A stretch of DNA of 64,000 nt from Craspedostauros australis (Eukaryota), in the NCBI GenBank assembly GCA_030167865.1, contig JALAGF010001026.1:1-64000 (forward strand), read 5' to 3'. Of this stretch, positions 24,966-36,000 are shown piece after piece. Position numbers and translations under genes: made by a program. Below the pieces are notes generated by a model. It worked only from the letters and a program-made list of their open reading frames with translations, had not been told where the DNA came from and searched no databases. The first letter of the stretch is position 1; the number at the start of each line of letters is the position of its first letter.

Positions 24966-27900
24966 ATGACGGTAAACGCAACCAAGACTTGCGAAGTCGA
25001 AGGCATTGCGAATGCCACGGTCAATCCCATCCTTCACGCGAAGGATGGAGCAGCAGGAGCCCAACAGCCCCCAAAGCCCAGCGCGGACGCGGAATCGGAC
25101 TCTGATACGGAGGCGGACGCAGACGCAGACGCAGACGCCGAATTCTGCATCGTCAACTCGTCGGTGACTGTCGATGCTCGACCCACGGTCATCGCCAACA
25201 TCCTGGAAGGTCGCGATGTGGACAACGTCTGCCTTCAGGATCTGTTCATGGAGCAGGCGAAGCGCACTTCCGATGCCACGGCCGTCGTAGATGGAGACGT
25301 CGAACTCACGTACAGGGAGCTGGACCTCATCACCAACGACCTGGCCGTCACCTTGCATCGCGACTTCCACGTTCGCCCCGACTCCGTGGTTGGCATCCTC
25401 CTGCCCCGCAGTGTCGAGTACGTCATCGCGTACGTTTCCATCCTCAAGGCGGGCGGTGCCTACATGCCGCTGGAGCTGGTGTATCCCAAGCAGCTGCTGG
25501 AGCGTGCCATGAACCAGACCAAGGCCAACCTCGTCATCACCGGCTCCACCTACCAGACACGTGTGGATCAGCACCCGCACCATCTGCTCGATCGATCGGA
25601 ATTGCCATCCTTGCTGGAGAAGGCGATGGACAATGACGGCAGCGACCCTGACCGAGCATTTCCGCAAGACGGATTGCAACCGCGTCCCAATGCGGACAGC
25701 CTGGCATTCTGCGTCATGAGCTCCGGCACAACGGGAACGCCAAAGGGAATTTGCCAAACCCATCGCAGCGCGGTGCATTCGTACTGCGATCGATTCTCCC
25801 GTTATCCATACCATCGACGGTCAGCATCATCAAACCCCACATCAGACGACGACTCGAATAACGAAGGCGTCGTGGAGGACCGCGTGGGAGCTGGTGTCTT
25901 CTTCGTCTGGGAGCTGTACCGTCCACTGTGCCAAGGTGCCGCCTGCGTCATCATCCCAGACACCACCATCTTCGATCCGGAGGCCGTCACCAACTTCGTG
26001 CAGGATCAGGGCATCACCCGAATTCTCTTCACGCCATCCTTGCTTCAGCTCATCATGGACACCATCGAACCAGCCGAAGTGCAAAATCGCCTTCGCAATT
26101 TGCGCTACCTCTGGTTGTGCGGCGAAGTCGTCACCACAGAATTGGCATGCGCCTTTTCCAATCTGCTGCCGCACGTGGAGTTTCTGAACCTCTACTCCAT
26201 CTCTGAGTGTCACGACGTCTCCATCGGGGATCTCAAGCGTGATCTTAAAGTCAATCAAAAGTATGCCACCTGTGGCCCGAAGATTCCAGGTGTGCAATTT
26301 TACATCGTGGATGTCGAAAATCAGGATGCTGCGGCGGCAGGCGACGAATCCGGACACAAGGAGCTGAAGCTTGTCTCGGAAGGCAACAGGGGCGAAGTCT
26401 ACGTCGGAGGTCCCGTGGTGGGGCGTGGGTACCTGCACCTTCCAGAGAAGACCAAGGAACGATTCGTGCCCAACCCCTTCAGCGACAAGTATCCGCGCCT
26501 TTACCGCACCGGCGATCTGGGCCGATTGCTTCCCACTGGGGACTTGGAAATCCTCGGTCGTTGCGACTTCATGGTCAAGATCCGAGGATACTCGGTCGTC
26601 CTGGGTGCCGTGGAAGCCGCGCTCGCCAAACACCCCAAGCTGTGCAGTGCCGTCGTCCTCGCTGTGGGCGCGGAGGGCACCGACAAGAAGCTTGTGGCCT
26701 ACGTCGTGCCTGCCCATTGGGACGACGCGCCATCGGCCAGCTCCGTCCGCACCTTCCTCAAGGACCATCTCCCTCCCTATGCCATCCCCTCCACCTTTTG
26801 CGTCATCGACGCCCTTCCTGTCAATGCCTCGGCGGCGGGCAAGCTTGATCGCAAGAAGCTGCCCAATCATGAAACCGCGCCTCGCCTGCGTGCATTTTCG
26901 GTCAGCCAACCGGATGATGTGAACATCGCTGATGCATTGGCGCAGGCTGGCGGAGATGCCTCAGGAACAACCGGAGCATCCGCTGGCAGAAAGAACAATG
27001 CCCCAGCCACAGATATGGAAGCCATGGTGCTTGCAGCATTCTCCAAGCTGGTCGAGATGCCGGTGGAGGAATTGTCCATCACCGATTCCTTCTTTGACGT
27101 CGGTGGCCATTCCCTCTTGGCCACCCGTCTTGTTCAACTTCTCAACGAGCACGTGCACAAGAACAACGCGAAGCGAACAGATGGCAGCAACGGCGCTGCG
27201 AGTAGCACACCAACGAAGGTAATCAACATCGTGGATGTCATGCAGTATCCAGCAGCACGTGATCTCGCTGGCATCCTCGAGGAGCGGCTTGGCGCCAGTT
27301 GTGGCGACTCCACGAAGGCAGTAGCAGCAGCAGCCAGCAAGACACCTCAGGTCGATTTGGAGGCAGAAGCGCAGTCGCTCGACCCTTCGATCTACCCGTT
27401 CGCCACGCGCAAGGGACATGCTCTATCGCGATTCCGAATGGAAGACTTGCTCATGAAACCGCAGGTCACCTTCCTGACAGGCGCCACCGGATACTTGGGA
27501 GTCCACATCTTGGCCGAGCTGCTCAGGGCTAACGTCGTCGTCATTTGCTTAGCGCGTGCCTCGGACGATGATGCAGCCTTCGAACGTATCGTGAAGAACT
27601 TGAAGCGATACTCTCTGCTGGACGAGATCGTCGAACAGCTATTTTCGGACGATGAAGCTCTCAACACTGATGAAGACGCCGTCCTCAATGCCCTTTCCGC
27701 AAAGCTCATCGCCATCGCCGGAGATCTCTCCCGACCGTTGCTGGGATTGGATGCTGCGCAGTTCAAGTCGTTGGCGTTGGAGGCGGACTCCATCATCCAC
27801 TGCGGTGCCGAGGTCAACCTCGTCAAGCCGTATCAGTCACTGAAGCAGTCCAACGTGCTCGGCACTCAGGAGATCCTTCGATTGGCCACCACCAACGGAC

Positions 27901-28709
27901 TCATCAAGACCAAGGTGAAGCCTGTGCACTACATCTCCACCAACGGCATCTTCCCCGTCGATAGAGATGCCTACAAGACCAGCGCTGATGCTGATTCTGG
28001 CGCTGTCGGCGATGGTAGCATCGTGCTGTGCAAGGAGGATGTGGCAGGATCCTCCATCTTCCAACAGGAGCACCACGAGCATTTGGACGAGGGGTACTCC
28101 ATGACCAAGTGGGTCGCCGAGCGCATGTGCTCCATCGCGGAAGCCCGTGGATTGCCCATCTCCATCCTGCGACCAGGCAACATGGCAGGGTCGGTCTCCA
28201 CAGGTGCCCAGAACCCAGACGACTTCAACTACCTGTTCCTGAAGGCCATGATCCAACTGAAGTGCGCCCCCACTGCGTCCGACACCGCATACTTCCTCGA
28301 CATGACCCCCGTCGACTTTGCGGCCAAGGCCGTTGTTCAAGTAACGGTGAACGCGCCCGGTACCGCCATCGGACAGCGCATGCACCTGCAGAATTCCGCC
28401 GCGCCCGTCCCGCTATCACAGATCGTGGAATGGCTGAAGGAGATTGGATACGGCGATTTGGAACCCGTCACGACCACCGAATGGATGAACCGGGTCCGTT
28501 CCATGGCAGCAAAGGCGACGCGAGAGGGCGGCGACATCTTCCAACGCGTTGAAAGCGGATGGGAGGCGTTCGAAATGTACTTCACAGCATCATCCTGGTT
28601 GCACTACGACAGCCGCAACCTCACTCACGCGCTGAAGGGCACAGGCTTGGAATGCCCGGCCTTGTCGCCGGAATTGCTGCGCAAGTGGTTTCCTGACAAC
28701 CAAGAATGA
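24966..28709 (+). CDS. NRPS-like adenylation-thiolation-reductase (A-T-R) enzyme with a glycine-betaine-reductase-like A domain
   Basis: A domain: SSGTTGTPKG, LYRTGDLG, KIRGYSV, GKLDRKKLP. T domain: FFDVGGHSLL. R domain: TGATGYLG, IIHCGAEVN, GYSMTKWVAE, LRPGNM. Confidence 0.9.
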   Translation: MTVNATKTCEVEGIANATVNPILHAKDGAAGAQQPPKPSADAESDSDTEADADADADAEFCIVNSSVTVDARPTVIANILEGRDVDNVCLQDLFMEQAKRTSDATAVVDGDVELTYRELDLITNDLAVTLHRDFHVRPDSVVGILLPRSVEYVIAYVSILKAGGAYMPLELVYPKQLLERAMNQTKANLVITGSTYQTRVDQHPHHLLDRSELPSLLEKAMDNDGSDPDRAFPQDGLQPRPNADSLAFCVMSSGTTGTPKGICQTHRSAVHSYCDRFSRYPYHRRSASSNPTSDDDSNNEGVVEDRVGAGVFFVWELYRPLCQGAACVIIPDTTIFDPEAVTNFVQDQGITRILFTPSLLQLIMDTIEPAEVQNRLRNLRYLWLCGEVVTTELACAFSNLLPHVEFLNLYSISECHDVSIGDLKRDLKVNQKYATCGPKIPGVQFYIVDVENQDAAAAGDESGHKELKLVSEGNRGEVYVGGPVVGRGYLHLPEKTKERFVPNPFSDKYPRLYRTGDLGRLLPTGDLEILGRCDFMVKIRGYSVVLGAVEAALAKHPKLCSAVVLAVGAEGTDKKLVAYVVPAHWDDAPSASSVRTFLKDHLPPYAIPSTFCVIDALPVNASAAGKLDRKKLPNHETAPRLRAFSVSQPDDVNIADALAQAGGDASGTTGASAGRKNNAPATDMEAMVLAAFSKLVEMPVEELSITDSFFDVGGHSLLATRLVQLLNEHVHKNNAKRTDGSNGAASSTPTKVINIVDVMQYPAARDLAGILEERLGASCGDSTKAVAAAASKTPQVDLEAEAQSLDPSIYPFATRKGHALSRFRMEDLLMKPQVTFLTGATGYLGVHILAELLRANVVVICLARASDDDAAFERIVKNLKRYSLLDEIVEQLFSDDEALNTDEDAVLNALSAKLIAIAGDLSRPLLGLDAAQFKSLALEADSIIHCGAEVNLVKPYQSLKQSNVLGTQEILRLATTNGLIKTKVKPVHYISTNGIFPVDRDAYKTSADADSGAVGDGSIVLCKEDVAGSSIFQQEHHEHLDEGYSMTKWVAERMCSIAEARGLPISILRPGNMAGSVSTGAQNPDDFNYLFLKAMIQLKCAPTASDTAYFLDMTPVDFAAKAVVQVTVNAPGTAIGQRMHLQNSAAPVPLSQIVEWLKEIGYGDLEPVTTTEWMNRVRSMAAKATREGGDIFQRVESGWEAFEMYFTASSWLHYDSRNLTHALKGTGLECPALSPELLRKWFPDNQE

Positions 28710-29118
28710 GTTATCTACAGAGAATACTCGAGCAGAGTACTCGGATGAGGAAACTCCCAAAGTCAGAGCCCCCCAACAACATGTGCCCAAATTAATCTAG
28801 GTTAATGTTTCTAGCTTACGAAAGATCGTTTTTTCTGCGAATCGGTCTGTACGTCTGTCCTCGTACCAATTCAAAACGAAAGCGCGCCCTTGACAAGAAC
28901 ACGCGGAGCATCGCAAGCACCGGTGTCATCCACTCATCGCGCGTCATCGTGTATTGTTTTGATCCATTTTTCGCTGCGCCAGTGTGTGCGGTCCTGAGCG
29001 CTCACAATCACAATCATCGCCACAATCATCATCGGAGGAGCGGATGCACGCCCAGAAATCGAGGACCGCGTGCTCGCAGGCAATGCCATAAAAAGCAGCA
29101 CGCTGCAAAGTTCTCACG

Positions 29119-32100
29119 ATGAGCGACGACGAAGACGACGATCTCATCCGCGCGCCACGTCGATCCAGCACGAAGCGGCAGGTCGATGAGGAGGAGGAGG
29201 GGCATGCCTCCAACGCAGCCGGGATCTTCGATGATACCGACGACGACGACGACGATGATGACGCCTACAAAGAGGACGACGCAGCGGAGGAAGACAGCTT
29301 TCGTTATTCGGAGAGCAACATGGAGGCGGCATTGGTAGGTGTTGCACGGTGCATGGTATTGTAGCGTGATGCTTTGGGCCGAGCTGGGCTGTTGTGCATG
29401 GCGAAGGTTGGTGCAGATCCAGGCACTCGACTATGCAATCCGCGTGCTCCGCTGTTGTCTCTGCCATTCCTTCGAACGACCAATGACACACTCGATTCAA
29501 ACAACCATTTCACACAAATCCCTCGCCTCTCCCTCCTTCGCTTTCATGCATGAAAACGGGATTGCACCACCACGCACGTTGCATTCCCCGTGGATGTGTA
29601 TGATGGATGATACATGATGAATGATGCAAATCCATGCGCACACGTTCACGTCCATATACCCAACGATCATGGGCATTGATGTGTGGGTATGGTGTTGCCA
29701 AATGATGCGACGCATCATTGTTACCATCATTACCGTGCAATACACATGTCGACGCGCGGCAATTTGAAAACCCACCGCACCACAGACGTCTTTGAGGAGC
29801 TACATGATGCCAACACCAACCCCAGCGGCTTTGCCATGGAAGGATGTCACCAGCAAGTCCATGAAAGTGAAGGACGTCAAAGATCTTGTCATCTACCTGG
29901 TTGACTACGCTTCCAAAATTAAATGGGAAGCCAAATGCTTGGTTGCCTCCGGGGCAGTTCACATCTTTGCTGCCCAAGACAAGGGAGTGGGACAGTCCAT
30001 GTTCAAGAACAACAAATCACCGCATACGCTCGCGCATCTCATCACCTCCGTATGGTTGAAGGACTGTCTCAAGCTTTGCCGAAACAAAACCGATGATGCC
30101 ACACCCGAGAACGAAGACTATCGTGGCATCTACCTCACGCAAGCAATGAAGTTCATCCAAACTGCCTTCGTCATCAAGACCGCCAAGCAGCTCCAAATCC
30201 TGGCCGATAAGCGAGATCTGAAGTGGCGGCAGGCTGTCACGGACACCATCAAGGTCGCCAAGGAGATGCCCCACTTGAAAGCATTGAATGAAGCTGCTAA
30301 GGCTGCGGATGAACATTTGATCAACCTCATCGCAGGCAAGGCGACGAAACCAGCCGTTGCCAGCACCGCCACCTCGAAATCTGCCCGTTCTGCATCTGTG
30401 TCTGCTGATGCCACCTCTGCATCGGCGCAGGCGTCTGCAACTGCAACCTCGGCAACAGGCAGCAAACGATCGAAGGAGGATGAAGAGGAGCGCAAAAATC
30501 GAGCGCGGTTGCGACGAGTGCAGCAGTTGCGATCGAAAGGCGCGGTTGCTACCACAGCAGCAAGTCTTGCAATTCCCAGAAGCACCTCCATCACGTCTGC
30601 CGTATCGTCTCAGACAACTTCTGCTGCTGCTTCTGTAGCTGCTGCAGTTGCGGCTCCTGCAAAGAGCTGGGGACAGCCGCAATCGCAGCCGAGTGCACAG
30701 CAGTACTCGCAACGGCAACAACAGCACCAGCAACATGTGCCAGCACCTTCTGCGCAACCAGATTATCCACCTCGCCAAAACTCGGGCGGTGGTGGTGCTC
30801 ATCATCAACAGCAACCACCACCACAGGCATCCGCACAAATGCAACAACAGCACCAAGGATATCAGTCTGGCCAGTCCTCGTACGGACAACACCCCAGCAA
30901 TCAGAACCATCCTGACGGACGGGCATCATCGCGGCAGCCACAGAAAAACAGCCCTGATTGGGGCAAGCCACTGGATGATATTGACAGGAATGATCCCACC
31001 AAAGCCACCAATGGTGCACGCAATGGCAGAAACATTGTCAGGCCCATCTGGGCCAATCCAACCAGGGCTGGCCAGCCTGCCAAAGCTCATGAAAGACCAG
31101 CCATGCCCAAGCGACAGCAACGTTGGGCCAATTCCCAGTGCAACCCTGAGACCCAAAATACCAAGTTCAAAGCGCCGGACGCACCGCCTGCACCACTAGA
31201 GCTGGTAGGTCGATACGGTCCAAGTGCAGGATCCGACATGAAAACGGCATCATCGACCCCAGCATCGTCAGCCGCACCAGCAACAAATGCAGGTGCTGTT
31301 GATACTGGTGGTAGCAGTAATGCCCGAGGATATCCATCGATTCAGAACCAGGCTCGCGGGTCAGATTCTCACGTTGGCGGTAGCAACGATCGAGCATACA
31401 CAGGTGCTGCAAGCAACAACAATGCCAGCGCTGCAGCACCCACCAACACGAGCACAGGTGTGTCCACAACCCGCGGTTATGAAACATCTGCGAAGAAACG
31501 TCCGCGTGATGACTACGACCAGCACTCATCGTCGACGGACAACAACTACGGTGGCCAATCCAAGCGCTATCAAGCTGATCGTTCGCAGCATACCTACGGC
31601 GGTGGGTACGATGCAAATGCCCATCCCAATCAACCTGCACAGGGGGCGTACACTCACCACGGCGGCAGCAACGATCAATACAATTACGGCGCTCAGGGAT
31701 CTCAGCAATCACAGTCGCAACACCATCCACCGCCGCCGCAGCAACAGCAAGAAGACCAACAACAACAACAAATGACCAACCAATATGATCAACGTGCATC
31801 TTACGGAAATACGATGCATGATAGCCAGGGCAGCCAGGGCGGTGGGCGAGGTGATCGTAGCAGAGGTCGCGGATACAACAATCCGAAACAGGACTATTCG
31901 AGTTCCAGAGGCGGTGGTTCGTCCGCCTTTGGCAACCCTACCGGTGGACTTGGCCGTGGACGAGGTCGTGGTCATACTCTCCCAGCCTGGATGACCCAGC
32001 AGAAACAACAGGACCACTTGGGGCAACAGCAGCAGCCGCCTGCGCCAGTCCAAAACCAAACCAATGCGTATGCTGCCCCTCCTCCTCCTCAGCCCCCGGC

Positions 32101-32347
32101 ACAGAGCCAGCCCGCGCAACAACCGCAATACCAACAGCATCAACAACAACAGCATCAGCAGCAGCACAATCCATACGGTGGTGCACGTGGCAGCCACAGC
32201 AACAATCGCAACAAAAATAGCAACCATCGGCCTCCTGCATTCAATGACCATGCCAGCGGAGGTGGTGATGGAGGCGGCAGAGGACGCGGACGAGGTCGAG
32301 ACAAGACACTACCAGCGTGGATGACGCAGCAACAGCAGAATCATTAA
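29119..32347 (+). CDS. Hypothetical protein with a helical N-terminal domain and a long Q/G/S-rich disordered tail; exons 29119-29334 and 29786-32347
   Basis: Acidic exon 1 ends TTG|GTAGGT, and the acceptor CACAG|ACG joins in frame with the 851-aa ORF. Two RG-repeat/TLPAWMTQQ motifs are present. Confidence 0.65.
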
Positions 32348-32570
32348 CTCATGGTCGCAAAGTAGGCCAAAGCAGAGTAACATATTCCATTATATTGCTT
32401 GTCCAACTAGCCTGGACGCGAGCACAACAGAACCACTAATTGCTTCAGTATTCTGTTACATGAAAGACAACAGATCGAAGTCATCAAGAGTGCTCGATGT
32501 TCTGTATCGTGTCGTTGAGCCGTGGACCAGGGTGCAATGGGAAGAGCTGGACTGATAGTATGAGCTACGA

Positions 32571-32605
<35 letters not shown>

Positions 32606-33030
32606 GCATCGAAGCGGAAGAGGGATCGGAACCAGTGTTGCTGAAAACAAGTTTGTTGAGAGATGTTGGGGTGGGCGCTGGTCTTGTCGACAGTAGCCTT
32701 GTGAAGGTGCTCGAAAGTTCGTGACTGCAGCGTGACTCAAATCGACAAAGAGAAATCCGGCTTCTTTTTTGCATCCACAACAGGCGCTGCCAGCTGCGGC
32801 ACCAGGTGGATCGCCGTCGCAGTCGTTGGTTGTTGGTTGGTGCCTTGTGCCTCTCTGTTTGTCATCTCTGTTCGTCATCTCTGTTTGTCATCTGTCATCT
32901 CTTTGTGCACATCCTCCTTGGCCTCTTGTTGTTTCCGTTACTATCTTCATTCCGACGCCTTTCTCCGTGGACCATCTTCGGTTCCCGACCTCCCCCAAGG
33001 ACCGTGTGTTGACACGCTGCACAACGCACA

Positions 33031-36000
33031 ATGGGACGACTGCTGCTTGCGCTGGGAAGCCCGTTGTCAGCGAGCTCGACCTCTTCGCCATGGCCTCGAA
33101 TCAGCGCATCGCAAGACCAGCTGCGACAAGAGGACAGCCATGGCAGCCACGCCTACAATGACGACGATGATGACACCAGCTACGCCAACGACGACCACGA
33201 CCTTTCGTCTTCGCAGTTCTGGAACGAGAGCAACAGGAGCCTTGGCCCTGGCGATTGGCAGCACAAGCAGCACCAGAGGCGAACCAGCGCGAATCGGCGG
33301 CTGCGCAAGCGCGGCAGGTACAACTGGGATGGCGTGATTGGCGCCAACGATGACATCCATGCTGACAATAGTACTACTAACAACAGTGCCAAGCACAGAC
33401 AGCAGCAGCAGCAGCAGCAGCGGAATGATCACAGCGTTGCACACTCTGCACACTTTGCGCCGGAAGCCATGTCACCGCGGGCATCGCCGCGTCCGTCCTT
33501 GTCATCGCCAATGTCCTCGCCGTCATCGGTGTCATCACCGCGGCAGCTTCAACTGCAGCAGCAATCCCCAAACGGAGGACTGTCTCCCGGTCAGCGAGCC
33601 TCATCTTCCACCAGACGCAACAGCGACAAGAGCATCCTACCGCCGACCCAAACCTCCACGACGGAGTACCGCTACGATCGATTCCCGCTGCACAACACGG
33701 CCGTTGTGGCGAACTGCCCCCATTCGGAGTGGATGGCGCAGGCTACTGTGTCGTACTACGAAGTGCAGGAGAACCGTACGGTGGAGACCATAGAGACCAT
33801 AGAATGCTTGACGCCTGTGCCAAAGAGGAAGAGCAGCATTGCAGCAAGCTCGTCTCCCGGCCGTATGGCAACCTCATCGTCGTCAGCGTCGTCATCATTT
33901 GGTCCCAGTGTTGCCACCACGAGATGCACCACAGCCAAATCAACAGTCGTGGCACAGGTCATCGTGCAGATTCGGCCCATCGTGCGACCGATGCAGCAGA
34001 ACAATTCGCACACGCATATCCTCAGAGATACCAAGCATCAGATTGTTGTTGCCTCCAAGACGATATCCACAAGGACGTACTCCGTGGAAAGCAAGAACGC
34101 TGATGGGCAACGCGAACATGAACGCAACGACGACAGCAACAATGCCAACGACGGCGACAACGACGACAAAGATGACAAACATGACGCAGCTGCATTGGAG
34201 ACATTGCCGGAAGGCAATGAAAGCTTCCGACTTTCCACCAACGAACATGGCAACAGCGAGCACCGCACAACGTCGCAAGACGAAGACCAGCAACAGCTGT
34301 ACGAACCTCGCCAACCGCAGCTCGTATTCTCTGTGGACAGGCAGCGCATCTTCCTCCTTCTCTTCCACCCATGCCACCCCGCCTCGAAACTTGTTCTCTT
34401 CCAACTTCGCCGTCCTCGCAAGCAGGTTCCGATCACGCCACCGCCGTTGGGATCATCGCGCAACCTCGGCGCGTCGCTATCGCACTTGGGAGGGCCGGAC
34501 TATCCGTCCCAACCCATCCCGCTGCCGTCATACTTGCAGGACTTGTCGGATGCGGCAGGAACATCCGCAGCATCCAATACGTTCAACAACAGCAGCAACA
34601 ACAACGCAAACGGCGGCAACGCCTTGCTGCGATCCCCCAACGGCGCCGCCTCGGCCGTAGACACCAAGAATCAACTGCGCAATATCATATCGCCGGCTGT
34701 GGCCACGCATCCGCAGCTCATCGAACCTTGGGGTATGACGCATATGATCACTGCCATCACGCCCCTCATCGGGATGGTCCATCCTGAGCCCACCCTCCTG
34801 CTTGTCACGGAGGAAGGCCAATGGATGTGGCTTGGTTGCCGTTCTGCCCAGATCATGGCGCGTGCCAAGTACGAAATCTATGCCTGCGGCCCAACGGATC
34901 GTGCCAGCATGAAACTCTCCGACAGCGCAACCAACGACGGCAGTCTCACTGGTACTTCCGAATCACAAACGCGCACGCCTCCCAGCAGCACGCTGTCCAA
35001 GGTATCCAGCCAGGCATCGTTCGGATCGATGACTGCTACTACAGTCTCCATGTCGCCGTCGCCTCCAATTGTCAGGCTGTCCGCAACCATGCTGCCGAAG
35101 AAGCTCAGCGCGATTACAACAGCTGCCTCGTCTTCACCGGCCGCGTCACCACTGTCGCATCAGCAAGGCCGCGTGCTTGCTATCGATGCGACGGGCAAAG
35201 CGACGTTGTTGGAATGGCACATTGCACCACCGACGTTGGCGCAGTCCCTCAAGGCTGGTCGCAGGAATAGCACTGGAAGCAGTCCGTTGCCCGTCGACGG
35301 CTCGTCCTCGACCAGCGCCATGGCAAACACCAAGGCAATCCTGCAAACAACGCCCACCAAGAAGTCATCCAAAAAGAAGAAAAAGAAGAGAGCGGCCCGT
35401 GGCGAAGGTCAGATTGCCGAACCAGCGAAAGCAGCCTCCATGCCCGCAAAGATTGACAGCGCCACTGCGGAGCCACAAAACAGACCCAACCGATTCCAGC
35501 AATTCCTTTCACGATTTCCAGGACGCAAGGATGACGGCAACAACAACAGCAACAGCAACAGTAATGGTGCCACCCCCGCAGGTGAGAAGAACGGCAAGGC
35601 CGACAGCGCCAATACAGCCAAACGGAGCAGCAAAGGACGGTCCAAATCCCCCAAGCGCGATCGCAGACCGAATGCAATAGCATCGGCCATGGCAGGCGTC
35701 ATGTCACCCAAGCCCAAAGGCAAGGTGAAATCGCCCACACGCAAAAAAAGCAATTCATCGTCGAAAAAGCAAGGCAAGAAGTCATCCTTCTCTCACAAAC
35801 AACGCCATGGATGGCAAACCTCGTCTCACGCAGCCGGCATGGCCATTCGCACGACCATGACCACCACCAACGTTGACATCAAGGAAGTCACACTGAGCAG
35901 CAAGTCCGCCGACGATGACGACAACGATTGGTACCATGTCGTCGCTGGGACTTGGATCACACCATCCCTGATCGCTGCTGTCTATGAACCAGGACACGTC

